Shown here: positions 28,587 to 38,402 of the stretch, in pieces
Position numbering within the stretch: the stretch's first letter is position 1
Layout of the letters: every line of letters starts with the position of its first letter
Source: Bacteroidota bacterium
GTDB lineage: Bacteria; Bacteroidota; Bacteroidia; Bacteroidales; VadinHA17
Assembly (NCBI GenBank): GCA_003250475.1
Contig: QKGI01000064.1
Location: 1,629-65,628 of the forward strand
DNA: 64,000 bases
Direction: 5' to 3'
Translations under genes and position numbers: made by a program
Notes under the pieces: model-generated
What the model saw: only the letters and a program-made list of their open reading frames with translations
What the model was told of the DNA's origin: nothing
The model's database searches: none

Positions 28587-30491
28587 TTATAGGAGCCTGA
28601 CTCCCTCTGTGGCAAGCGCTATCCGGATTGCTTTTTCACCGGACCTGCTGACACTTATGTGAGTCGTGCCCTTTTTGTTATGACATTTTACTTTCGCCCT
28701 TTCCCCGTCTCCTGACCATGGTACAACCAGCAGGTGGGATCTTACGATACCTTTTCCCTGAATAACGAATGATGCCAGTGGCGCCATGGTGGTTACCCCC
28801 CTGAGGCTTACCATCCCTTCCGTTACGCTGAACCCGCCGTCTGACCCGGGGCAGGCTGCTATCACATCGGCTGTTATACCCGAGCTTACAGTCAGTGATT
28901 TACCTGTCAGCCCGGTGATAACAGCTGCATGGGGGAGGTGAAGCAGTATCTCGTACCTGTGCTCCCCCCCGGTCTCAAACGTATCACTTATTACTGCTAG
29001 CCGGTCCCCGACGAGACTGATTGTCCTGCTCCAGCGCACACCCGCGTTGGTAGCCTCTTCAGGGGGGGAGACCATTGTCAGGCAGGATATCTCATCTCCC
29101 GGCATCCATGATGTTATCCTGTTGGGTGTCTCCCTCCTGGGGACCCACAGCTGGTCCGATGATGTTGCTGCCTCAGTCACACCGTCAATTATGACGCTGT
29201 TGTGTGCCCTTGTTGTACGGTACCATTTCACCAGGGCCGGATCATCATAGTTACAGCATCCGCTTTCTGTCATCAGCGGCATGCCGGAATGCCACAGCTC
29301 AAAGCCCAGCCGTCCGGCATGGGCATGAGACCCTATTACCGGGGCAGGGTTGGCAAGGAGATACCAGCCATTGTCACCTCCTTGTCTCATGACGGCTACC
29401 TGGGTGTCGGGGAAAAGGACCGACCCCTGCCTCTCAGCCAGCGCCATGGTTCCAAGTAGTTCATTGATGGTCTCCGTGATGGTCGGGGCGGGCATCTCGT
29501 AAGAATCATTGACAGGAGGCATGGTGCCGTCAGGCCGCACCACGGCGGTGAGGTAGCGAACCATGGAACGGAGCCTGGACAGTGTAGCCGGCGGGGGCTC
29601 AATGCCGTTTGCAGTACAGAGAAGGAAGGCATCCCTGAAGAGATGTGCCTCAAAAGGATAATAACCGAACATCTGTTCCACATTCCCCCCGTCATCGTAG
29701 AAAGCATGTTCCAGATGATGATTGAGTATCACAAGTGCTTTTTGCCTCAGTTCCTGTGCCTCCTCCAGCAGGGGGAAGAGCACACCCAGGTATAGCATGG
29801 CCAGTGCCCCGTGCGACTGGTGATTAAACTCATTGAGCCTGGCCTGTCCGAAGCCGGTGGCAAGGATGTGTGCATGATCCTCCAGGGAGTCGGTGATAAG
29901 CTTCTTCTCCTCTGCCGACAATCCCTTCTCTCCGAGGTAATAGCACCACGAGAAATGTATTGAGCGCCAGGCGACCTGCATGTCCCTCCAGTTATAGGTG
30001 GTGCGGTGCGAATCAGGGAGAAGGGGATTATCAGATATCCACTGCCTGATAATATCCATCATGTCATCCAGGTAGCTCCTGTCACCGGTGAGGTGGTACA
30101 TCCTGGCAAAGGAAGGGAGAAAGTAAAACCTGTTCAGCCAGACGCTCTTTTCCACCTCGGTGGTTTCAAACCTGCTCCAGCCTGTCGGCTCTCCGTATAC
30201 TTCAGCTATCAGGCCTCCCCTGATGGCTTCGACGATCTTCTCATCCTCCTCTGTGCCGAGGAGAGCCATCTGAATGAACTTGCCCCCCTGGTCCTTGGGG
30301 ATATAATCGCCGATATTGTACCTGCCGGCGTACCTGGTAAATGGGAAGAGAGGTGAATCTCCACAGGGCTGGTCAAAGAACAGCTTTCTGAAGGCATCCG
30401 CCGGTGCTGCACTGATATACAGTCCCCCCATGGCAACACCGGCAGTTCCTGCAAAGAACCTTTTTACGAATAGCCTTCTTCCGCTGGTCAT
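28587..30491 (-). CDS. Heparinase II/III-like (polysaccharide lyase-like) protein with twin-arginine signal
   Basis: 'SGRRLFVKRFFAG' fits the TAT consensus (S/T)RRxFLK. 'NWRDMQVAWRSIHFSW' and 'SHAHAGRLGFELWHSGMPLMTESG' resemble the Hepar_II_III N and C domains. Confidence 0.7.
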   Translation of the reverse strand: MTSGRRLFVKRFFAGTAGVAMGGLYISAAPADAFRKLFFDQPCGDSPLFPFTRYAGRYNIGDYIPKDQGGKFIQMALLGTEEDEKIVEAIRGGLIAEVYGEPTGWSRFETTEVEKSVWLNRFYFLPSFARMYHLTGDRSYLDDMMDIIRQWISDNPLLPDSHRTTYNWRDMQVAWRSIHFSWCYYLGEKGLSAEEKKLITDSLEDHAHILATGFGQARLNEFNHQSHGALAMLYLGVLFPLLEEAQELRQKALVILNHHLEHAFYDDGGNVEQMFGYYPFEAHLFRDAFLLCTANGIEPPPATLSRLRSMVRYLTAVVRPDGTMPPVNDSYEMPAPTITETINELLGTMALAERQGSVLFPDTQVAVMRQGGDNGWYLLANPAPVIGSHAHAGRLGFELWHSGMPLMTESGCCNYDDPALVKWYRTTRAHNSVIIDGVTEAATSSDQLWVPRRETPNRITSWMPGDEISCLTMVSPPEEATNAGVRWSRTISLVGDRLAVISDTFETGGEHRYEILLHLPHAAVITGLTGKSLTVSSGITADVIAACPGSDGGFSVTEGMVSLRGVTTMAPLASFVIQGKGIVRSHLLVVPWSGDGERAKVKCHNKKGTTHISVSRSGEKAIRIALATEGVRLL

Positions 30492-30500
30492 TCTATAAAC

Positions 30501-31265
30501 TTACTCAAAATCCACGTCACCGAAAGAATCCCTGTCAAAATAAAAGCTGCAGTCAGGATGGTTCTGCAGCACTGATGCAGGACAGGCGGTGGTGACAGGA
30601 CCGTTGATAGTATTGTATACTGCATCTCTCTTACTCATTCCCGGTACGACGCAGAAGAGATGCGATCCGCCAGTGATGACCGGGATAGTCAGTGTCAGGG
30701 CCTTACGAGGCACCTCATCGAGTGTTGCAAAGCATCCTTCATTGACCTGCTGCATGCGGCATGATCTGTCAAGACTCACCTTTTTAACAGTCAGGGGGTC
30801 ATTGAAGTCGGCCACAGGCGGGTCGTTGAAGGCAATATGTCCGTTCTCGCCAATCCCAAGGCAAATGACATCTACCGGCGCCTCATGTATCAGGCGGGAG
30901 TATCTCTCCGCCTCCTGCCGGGTATCTTCATTTGCATTTATCAGGTGGACATTTTTCATCTTCACCTTGCTGAACAGCCGCCGGGTGAGGTAGAGGGAGA
31001 AGAGTTGTTCGGCACCGTTATTCAGCCCTATGTACTCATCCATATGAAACGCTGTGACCCTCCTCCAGTCGATAAGCTCAGAACCTGCCAGGTAATCGAG
31101 CATCTCATTTTGCGAAGGTGCAGCAGCAAAAATCATCCTTACCTCATCCTTAACTCTCAGCAGCCCGGCAACCCGGGCCTCAACATCTCTCCCTGCAGCC
31201 AGGCCCATATCGTGCCTGGTTGGAAAAACATTGACATTAAGGTGTTTATATCTGTTAATCCTCAT
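30501..31265 (-). CDS. nagB: Glucosamine-6-phosphate deaminase
   Basis: 'DVICLGIGENGHIAFNDPP' and 'AFHMDEY' are NagB signatures. Confidence 0.85.
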   Translation of the reverse strand: MRINRYKHLNVNVFPTRHDMGLAAGRDVEARVAGLLRVKDEVRMIFAAAPSQNEMLDYLAGSELIDWRRVTAFHMDEYIGLNNGAEQLFSLYLTRRLFSKVKMKNVHLINANEDTRQEAERYSRLIHEAPVDVICLGIGENGHIAFNDPPVADFNDPLTVKKVSLDRSCRMQQVNEGCFATLDEVPRKALTLTIPVITGGSHLFCVVPGMSKRDAVYNTINGPVTTACPASVLQNHPDCSFYFDRDSFGDVDFE

Positions 31266-31353
31266 TGCGGTAAAGCATTAGTTCACGGCCCGGTATAAAA
31301 GTGTCAGGCCACATGTAAAATATCATCTCCAATCGGGGCAGATTTTTAAAGAA

Positions 31354-31409
31354 TCAGATGGGTATGTCGTTACTATTCTCCAATCACCCTCATAAAATAC
31401 CCATCTGAT
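31354..31409. other. 12-bp perfect inverted repeat with 32-nt spacer in the fasciclin-nagB intergenic region
   Basis: 'TCAGATGGGTAT' (31354-31365) and 'ATACCCATCTGA' (31398-31409). Function unknown. Confidence 0.5.
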
Positions 31410-31454
31410 CTTCAACCTTTAAAAACTAACCCTAAAAAACCCGGTGAGAGTTCA

Positions 31455-32045
31455 TCATAACGACAGGTACACGATGTCTGCCGTCACATGTATCACCCCG
31501 TTGGTCGGTTCAATGTTTGATGTGATGATAGTCCAGCTCTTCTTTGTACCCTGGTTGATCAGACCCTGATAATTGGTATTATGAGAGAGGTACATTATTG
31601 AACCGCTTTCAGTGGGGTATGATATCGGGTTGTTGCTTAAAAGAAGGTCCGGGTCGGAAAAGATGACCCTGGCGTTCACAATATGGTACTTGAGGATCCC
31701 ATCAAGGGTTGCAACAGGGATCGCAGCAATATTTGCATAGCTGTTGGTCTTCATATAAGCCCTGAAGGCACTGTTCCTCGGAGCGATGAATGTCCTCACC
31801 GAGGTGCCGGAATAGAGGCTTTCAAGCCCTGTGGCAGTGATTGCCTCCTCCATCAGCGAAAGAGAGTCGGTTGCCTGGATAAACTCCCAGGCAGTCATAT
31901 CAACCTTGCCGCCGGGATTACCGTACACGTATTCATAATCCTCCTGTATCTCGCATGAAGCGAACATCATGGCAAGGGCAAGGGGGACAAGCAGCATCTT
32001 GACCGGATGGAGCTTTCGAAATATTATTTTATTCGTTTTCATCAT
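31455..32045 (-). CDS. Fasciclin (FAS1) domain lipoprotein
   Basis: Lipobox 'MFASCEI'. 'TFIAPRNSAF', 'ILKYHIV', 'TNGVIHVTADIV' are FAS1 H1/H2-type motifs. Confidence 0.7.
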   Translation of the reverse strand: MMKTNKIIFRKLHPVKMLLVPLALAMMFASCEIQEDYEYVYGNPGGKVDMTAWEFIQATDSLSLMEEAITATGLESLYSGTSVRTFIAPRNSAFRAYMKTNSYANIAAIPVATLDGILKYHIVNARVIFSDPDLLLSNNPISYPTESGSIMYLSHNTNYQGLINQGTKKSWTIITSNIEPTNGVIHVTADIVYLSL

Positions 32046-32168
32046 AACAATATTTAATTATGTAAGGTATGATTGACACACCCGGTATTGATCTCAATAC
32101 TGTTGTTCATGTATCTCGAAGAGCAGGTGTGTTTCATTTTACGTTTCATTGATAATATTCAGCAGCAA

Positions 32169-33551
32169 TTAGTTATAAAAGCTGTTTTGCGTCAGGTTAG
32201 GATTCTTGTTCAGAGAGTTCTGGTGTATAGGCCATACTAGGTTATCTTCATTGCTGAGACCGTTTATCGGGCCCATGGTAGAGATAGCCTTTCCTGTTCT
32301 GACAAGATCAAACCAGCGGTGTCCTTCATAGCACAGCTCAACCGATCTCTCCTGCAGTATGGCTGATTCAAGGTCGCCATACATGGCAACGGCATCTGCT
32401 TCGGTGTCGAAGGCGGGTATACCTGCCCTGGTCCTGATGGTGTTCAGCAGTGAGAGAGCTTCTGCCTTGTTGGCGGCGCCACCTATCTGGTTGAGGGCTT
32501 CTGCCCTGAGAAGCATAATATCAGCGAGCCTGATCAGGATGATGTCCTGCTTTGCAGGCGTTGAGACCTCATCACTGACTCCCATGCCGAGATATTTCCA
32601 TATGGCCTTCGGATCAGCCGGGACAATGTCATAAACAAAGTCTCTCCTGAGGTCACCTGCCTCTATTGATGCCTTCCACTTCTCAGAAGGAGTGTATATT
32701 GCGTAAGACCCGACAGCATAAAGAGTCCTTAAGCCGTTGGTCTCGGTGTCATTGTAACCTACCTCAAAGATGCTCTCTTTGGCAAAGCTCTCTGAGAACA
32801 TCTTACCCCAGTCGGCGATGGCTACCAGGCTGTAGAGCGGGTTTGCCATGACCAGCGAAGAGGTTGTGACAGCCTCAGCATACTTATGCCTCCACATGTA
32901 TACCTGTGTCAGGAGGCCATTGGCGCCGCCCCTGGTAAACATGATGCGGTCATTGTTGCTGTTGTACTTCTCGACACAGTTTTCAGCAGCGTATTTAAGG
33001 TCTGCCTCTACCTGGTCAAGGATGATCTCCTTGTCGGTCTTACCGATGAATATATCCTGGTCGCCCGAGGTATAAGGTTCGGTGATGAACGGCACGTCGC
33101 CCCACACTCTTACGAGGTAGAAATATGCAAGAGCCCTGAGGGCACGGGCCTGCCCGATAAGCTGCCTGCCCGCCACATTATCCTCCTCATATACATTGGG
33201 TATGTATTTGATGGCATAGTTAGCCCTGCTGACCATGGTATAGAGGTTGGTCCAGTCGGCAGATGAAGCCGTGGCTGTCAGGTTGTTGGAGCTGAGTACG
33301 AGAGACTCACCCGACTGTGCGGTCTGCACATTGTCAGCCCTTCCTTCACCCCAGTAGCAGAAGTTTAGTCTGAAGACTGACTGCGCAGCATCGTAAATCC
33401 CGTAAACGCCTGCCTGTGCATCAGCTGTTGTCTTGTAAAACCCTGAGGCTGAGAAGCTGCTGACGGGATCTTTTTCAAGTAAATCGGTACAGGCAGTCAC
33501 CTGCAACAGTACGATTACCGCTATGGCTGTTTTTATATATTTTAATTTCAT
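32169..33551 (-). CDS. SusD/RagB-family outer-membrane lipoprotein
   Basis: Start chosen at 'MKLKYIKTAIAVIVLLQVTAC' (lipobox). 'RALAYFYLVRVWGDVP' and 'ILQERSVELCYEGHRWFDLVR' are classic SusD motifs. Confidence 0.85.
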   Translation of the reverse strand: MKLKYIKTAIAVIVLLQVTACTDLLEKDPVSSFSASGFYKTTADAQAGVYGIYDAAQSVFRLNFCYWGEGRADNVQTAQSGESLVLSSNNLTATASSADWTNLYTMVSRANYAIKYIPNVYEEDNVAGRQLIGQARALRALAYFYLVRVWGDVPFITEPYTSGDQDIFIGKTDKEIILDQVEADLKYAAENCVEKYNSNNDRIMFTRGGANGLLTQVYMWRHKYAEAVTTSSLVMANPLYSLVAIADWGKMFSESFAKESIFEVGYNDTETNGLRTLYAVGSYAIYTPSEKWKASIEAGDLRRDFVYDIVPADPKAIWKYLGMGVSDEVSTPAKQDIILIRLADIMLLRAEALNQIGGAANKAEALSLLNTIRTRAGIPAFDTEADAVAMYGDLESAILQERSVELCYEGHRWFDLVRTGKAISTMGPINGLSNEDNLVWPIHQNSLNKNPNLTQNSFYN

Positions 33552-33564
33552 ATCCGTCATTTTT

Positions 33565-36500
33565 TTAGAATTCCATATTGAGACCAAATATTACGGTACG
33601 GCTCTGAGGATAAGCACCATCATCGACCCCTACCTGCAATCCGCTGTAAGAGTTAACCTCCGGATCATAACCGGTGTAATGGGTGAAAGTAACCAGGTTC
33701 TGGCCGGTGACATATGCGCGAAGCATACTTATACCCACCTTGTTTGTTATGGATGACGGGATGGTATATGACAGGGTCACATTCTTAATCCTCATGTACG
33801 AACCATCTTCAACCCACCTGTCGGATACCCTGAGATATTCATTTCTCATCGGGTCATTACGTACCGGTGCCGGGTAGTCTGTAACATCACCCTGTTCCCT
33901 CCATCTGTTAAGAGCATCGGTTGAGACGTTATTGTAAGCGAATACCCAGTTCCTCATGTTGTTGAGGTTGCTATAGATGTCGTTTCCATAGCAGAACTGC
34001 AGGAAGACATTGAGAGAGAAGTTCTTGTATGAGAAATCGTTATTGAGACCGCCGGCAAAGAGAGGCTGTGCATCACCAATGATCTGCTTGTCCTCATCAT
34101 TGATGATATGGTCATTATTGAGGTCATCCCAGATAATATCGCCGCCCTTGAATATCTTGCCTGTAGCGGAGCCGAACCTTACCTGGTCAACGTTATCCTC
34201 GTCGCGTGAATAAACACCGAGGAACTTCCAGCCGTAGAAAGTACCGATGGGCTCACCCTCCTTCAGGATGTGATAGGTCCCGTTCTGTATGTAACCATTT
34301 GTGAGAACGTCATCAGGAAGGTTTACAACCACGTTTTTATTGAACCCTATATTGAAACTTGTGGTCCACTGGAATGCTCTGTTAATATTATGAGTGATAA
34401 GTGAGAACTCCATCCCCTTGTTTGAGATATCGCCTATGTTCTGCGTTATATAACCGAAGCCTGTTGTTTCAGGAATGGGTACTGCAAAGAGGAGGTCCGA
34501 AGTGTTCTTGATGTAGAAGTCGCCCACAAAGTTCACCCGGTTTTTGAACATTGCAAGGTCAATACCGAGGTTGTACTGAGTGGTGACCTCCCACTTGAGA
34601 GCCTGGTTGGGCATCACTGTGGGAGCAGCACCTGAGTATGTGAGGTAATTGGTTCCTATTGAGAACTCACCGCCTGACACATAGTTGGGAATGGATTCGT
34701 TTCCACCCTGGCCTACGCTCACCCTTAACTTACCGTCGGTGAGGAATCCCAGCCCGTCGGCAAACGACTCGTCGGAGAAGCGCCATGCAGCCGAAGCTGA
34801 AGGGAAGTAACCGAACCTGTTCTCGGCGCCGAACCTGGATGATCCGTCAGCCCTGATGTTTGCCTCGGCAAGGTACCTTCCCTTGTAGTTGTATGTCAAC
34901 CTTCCATAAAATGACGCCATAGCATGTTCATCGGTCCTGTTGACAGCCTGGTTGGAGATTGTACCGGCTCCATTGAGGGTGCGGACATTGTCACTGGCAA
35001 AATACATACCGTTGAGGCCTGTGGTTTCCAGCTTCCAGTTCTGCATACTGAACCCTGCCATTGCAGAGATGTCATGATCCTCACCAAGTGTGGTATTATA
35101 GGTAAGGTAATTCTCGTTAGCCCAGGTCATATTTGTCGTTGCCCTGACCGAGCCCCAGTTGTAACCTGCGCGGTAGTCGACGGTAGTTGGATAGAACTCA
35201 TCCTCCTTCATGTTTATATAATCGATGCTCAGGCTTGTCCTGAACATCAGTCCTTCTATAATATTATATTCAAGATACTGGTTACCGATGATCCTGTTGG
35301 TGACATTGAGGTGCGTGCACTCTTCAGCCATGCCCACAGGGTTTCTTTTACCATTGAAATAATATATAGGTGATCCGTCAGGATAGGTGAGCGAATAAAT
35401 AGGTGGCCTGACGAGTATTGACTGCACGAGGCTGAGGTTTCCCGTACCGCCGGCATTTATCCTGTTGTTTCTGCCGTTGGTAAATGAGATATTCTGGCCT
35501 ATTGTCACCTTGTCGGATACCTTGAAATCGGTGTTTAGCCTTGAGGTGATCCTTTTGTAGTTGGAAGCCAGGAAGATGCCATCCTGGTCGAGGTAAGAGG
35601 TGCTGAATGCATATCTTGCTGCTTCAGTTCCTCCCTGCACTCCCAGTTCGACCTGATGCTGCCATGCTTTGCGATACATCACGCTCTGCCAGTCGACATC
35701 GCCGTTATTCATCGGGTTGAGAGAATCGATGGCTGTCCAGTGAGGTTCGGTAGGTGTGGTGGCATTGTTATACCTGTCAAGGTTCTTATAGGAGTCGATA
35801 ATAACCTGGCGCCATTGCTGGGCATTGAGAACCCCCAGGTGGCGTGTTATTTCGCTTATCCCGCTGAAGTAATTAAGACTCACCTTTGCCTGTCCTGCTT
35901 GTCCCCGTTTGGTTGTAATGAGGACGACACCGTTGGCGGCCCTTGATCCGTAGATAGCCGTTGAGGCGGCATCTTTAAGAACCTCTACTGATTCTATATC
36001 ACCGGGGTTGATGTCTGCCAGCGGGTTCAGACCGTGCTGGTCATAACCGTTGAGCTGCGTAAGGCTTGATGATTCAACAGGTACACCATCGATGACATAC
36101 AGAGGGTCATTACCTGAGTTCAGTGACGAATATCCCCTCACCCTCACTGTTATGCCATCACCCGGGGCACCCGAGTTTGATGTCACCACAACGCCGGGGG
36201 CACGTCCCTGCAGTACCGACAGAACATCCTTGACTGGTGTGTTCTCTATGCTGGCAGAGCTTATTGAAGAGATGGATCCTGTGAGGTCTCTCTTCTTCTT
36301 GAAGCCGTAGCCGACGACGACCAGTTCCTCAATCATGGTCACATCACTCTGCATCGCCACATTGATGACTGTGCGCGATCCTACGGTCACCTCCTGGGGA
36401 GCATAACCGACAGATGTAAACTGCAGAACGGTGTTGTTTGACGGTACATCGATGGTAAAGGAACCGTCAAGATCAGAGGCCACACCGGTGGTGGTGCCCT

Positions 36501-36711
36501 TGATCACAATTGTCACTCCGGGAAGCAGTTCACCTGTTGTTGCGTCGGTGACCTTCCCGGTGACTTTTTTCTGCTGCAGCTCCAGGGTAGATGATGCAGC
36601 AACGCTGTAGGTAATCAGCATTGACAACATGATCACTAACCCCGACAGCAGAACCGGTTTCTTCCATTTCATTTCTGAACAGAAGAGCACGTTCGATTGC
36701 TTTTTTTTCAT
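33565..36711 (-). CDS. SusC/RagA-type TonB-dependent transporter
   Basis: 1048 aa. 'VTGKVTDATTGELLPGVTIVIKGT', 'YVIDGVPV', 'SVEVLKDAASTAIYGSRAANGVVLITTKRG'. Ends in F. The start could also be the Met 13 codons in. Confidence 0.9.
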   Translation of the reverse strand: MKKKQSNVLFCSEMKWKKPVLLSGLVIMLSMLITYSVAASSTLELQQKKVTGKVTDATTGELLPGVTIVIKGTTTGVASDLDGSFTIDVPSNNTVLQFTSVGYAPQEVTVGSRTVINVAMQSDVTMIEELVVVGYGFKKKRDLTGSISSISSASIENTPVKDVLSVLQGRAPGVVVTSNSGAPGDGITVRVRGYSSLNSGNDPLYVIDGVPVESSSLTQLNGYDQHGLNPLADINPGDIESVEVLKDAASTAIYGSRAANGVVLITTKRGQAGQAKVSLNYFSGISEITRHLGVLNAQQWRQVIIDSYKNLDRYNNATTPTEPHWTAIDSLNPMNNGDVDWQSVMYRKAWQHQVELGVQGGTEAARYAFSTSYLDQDGIFLASNYKRITSRLNTDFKVSDKVTIGQNISFTNGRNNRINAGGTGNLSLVQSILVRPPIYSLTYPDGSPIYYFNGKRNPVGMAEECTHLNVTNRIIGNQYLEYNIIEGLMFRTSLSIDYINMKEDEFYPTTVDYRAGYNWGSVRATTNMTWANENYLTYNTTLGEDHDISAMAGFSMQNWKLETTGLNGMYFASDNVRTLNGAGTISNQAVNRTDEHAMASFYGRLTYNYKGRYLAEANIRADGSSRFGAENRFGYFPSASAAWRFSDESFADGLGFLTDGKLRVSVGQGGNESIPNYVSGGEFSIGTNYLTYSGAAPTVMPNQALKWEVTTQYNLGIDLAMFKNRVNFVGDFYIKNTSDLLFAVPIPETTGFGYITQNIGDISNKGMEFSLITHNINRAFQWTTSFNIGFNKNVVVNLPDDVLTNGYIQNGTYHILKEGEPIGTFYGWKFLGVYSRDEDNVDQVRFGSATGKIFKGGDIIWDDLNNDHIINDEDKQIIGDAQPLFAGGLNNDFSYKNFSLNVFLQFCYGNDIYSNLNNMRNWVFAYNNVSTDALNRWREQGDVTDYPAPVRNDPMRNEYLRVSDRWVEDGSYMRIKNVTLSYTIPSSITNKVGISMLRAYVTGQNLVTFTHYTGYDPEVNSYSGLQVGVDDGAYPQSRTVIFGLNMEF

Positions 36712-36891
36712 AGTTTTGAGAGTTTAGGGTTTAATTTAAATCCTTTCACATACCTGCTCCCGGGATGCATCGTCACAATATGCCCGGGAGCGGTTTTGTT
36801 TATCTGATTAATGTCAAGAAGTTAATTTTCAATGATTTGCTAATTTGAGCCAAACCTCACAGATCAAATTTATGACATAAAATTTCAAAAA

Positions 36892-36903
36892 GCAAACGTT
36901 TGC
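36892..36903. promoter_or_regulatory. Putative LacI-family operator (perfect palindrome GCAAACGTTTGC)
   Basis: 12-bp perfect palindrome in the AT-rich divergent region between susC (36711, minus) and the LacI gene (37110, plus). Matches the PurR/CcpA-type consensus core AAACGTTT. Confidence 0.55.
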
Positions 36904-37070
36904 GTAAATTTTTGCTTCAAAATATCTGTTTTTAACATTTGAATACTTTTCGCAGTATATAATGTACCCGGCGAAAAGATAAGATGTCATACATATTTTA
37001 CTCTTTTTCTGTTATTTAATTTATACAAGAGAAATATATAATGGAATTTTATTTATTTTCGTAACATGAT

Positions 37071-37080
37071 CAAACGTTTG
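37071..37080. promoter_or_regulatory. Second putative LacI-family operator (CAAACGTTTG)
   Basis: 10-bp perfect palindrome with the same core, 30 nt upstream of the LacI start codon. Confidence 0.5.
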
Positions 37081-37109
37081 CACATTTTAATTAATACTAA
37101 CTTTATCCC

Positions 37110-38147
37110 ATGCCCGGCACGAGAGTTACCATAAAGGATCTGGCGAAAAGGATGAACCTTTCCGTTTCCACAATCTCGAGAGCCCTACACAACCATCCCA
37201 GTATAGGCGCCGAGACCACTGCGGAGGTTTGGAAGCTGGCCAAGCAGCTTGGCTATTTCCCGAACTCGGTGGCCTCAAACCTGCGCCGCAGGAAGACGAA
37301 CATGATTGGTGTGATAGTCCCCCGCATCGACATCACATTCCATTCACATGTGATCAGCGGTGTTGAAGAGGTGGCTTACAAGATGGGTTATAACGTCACC
37401 ATCTACCAGTCGCGCGACTCCCTGGAAAGAGAGGTAGCTATAACAAGTATCCTTCAGACGAACATGGTTGCCGGCATAATAGCATGCCTGGCGCTTGAGA
37501 CACAGGACTGCAGTCATTTTGCCAGGTTCAACAGCCAGAAGGTGCCTCTTGTATTCTATGACAGGGTGAGCAATGAGCTGGAGGCCAGCAAGGTGATAAT
37601 AGACGATTTCGATGCAGCCTTCAGGGTCACACAACACCTTATTAATATAGGATGCAAACGTATCGCCCATATTGCAGGGTGCCTCACCACCTCAATCTTC
37701 TCGGCAAGGCTTGAGGGTTATAAGGCCGCTCTTCAGAAGAACAACATCCCCTTTGACCAGAACATGGTATGCTGCGCCAGCAACCTGACCTACGAAGAGG
37801 GTGGCCGGTGTACAAAGAAACTCCTGAAGCTGCCCGAGATGCCCGACGGTATGTTTTGTGCAAATGATTATACAGCCATCGGTGCTATACAGGTCATCAA
37901 GAAAAATAACCTGAGAATACCGGAAGACATTGCTGTGGCCGGATTCAGTAACTACCCGGTATCGACAATCATCGAACCGGCACTGACTACAATAGATGAC
38001 CGTGCCTTTGAGATGGGCAAGACTGCCGCCCGTATGCTCATCAGGCAGGTCGAAGAGAGAGACGTGAATATAGCTTCCGAGACTATCGTCATCAGGACCG
38101 ACCTGATAGTACGTGATTCTACCAGGAGACAACCTGTTCAACCCTGA
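37110..38147 (+). CDS. LacI-family transcriptional regulator
   Basis: N-terminal HTH 'VTIKDLAKRMNLSVSTISRALHNHPSI'. Periplasmic-binding-protein-like sugar-binding core. Confidence 0.85.
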   Translation: MPGTRVTIKDLAKRMNLSVSTISRALHNHPSIGAETTAEVWKLAKQLGYFPNSVASNLRRRKTNMIGVIVPRIDITFHSHVISGVEEVAYKMGYNVTIYQSRDSLEREVAITSILQTNMVAGIIACLALETQDCSHFARFNSQKVPLVFYDRVSNELEASKVIIDDFDAAFRVTQHLINIGCKRIAHIAGCLTTSIFSARLEGYKAALQKNNIPFDQNMVCCASNLTYEEGGRCTKKLLKLPEMPDGMFCANDYTAIGAIQVIKKNNLRIPEDIAVAGFSNYPVSTIIEPALTTIDDRAFEMGKTAARMLIRQVEERDVNIASETIVIRTDLIVRDSTRRQPVQP

Positions 38148-38402
38148 GTAGACAAACCTGAGCCGGAAAAACCATCTGTAGCACCCTGACAGCCATATCG
38201 CACTTTCTTCCCTGATTGCTCTATTAATCAGGAAATCAGAACTATCTGCCCGTAAGCATGCCCCAACAGCCACCATCAATAGTGAATCAGACAGACATTT
38301 TGCCTCCACGGAGGACCATATTTCATTTTTTTTCATACTTTTACGCCACTTTTAGAAAATATGCACAGTAAAACCAAAAATGTGTCATTAAAACCGAAGC
38401 TC

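Noticed and set aside
28587-30491. Calling the locus a heparin/heparan sulfate PUL outright
   Set aside because: Only the heparinase II/III-like fold and the HGSNAT-like protein point that way. Sulfatases, GH88 and other hallmark genes are absent, so the substrate is left open.
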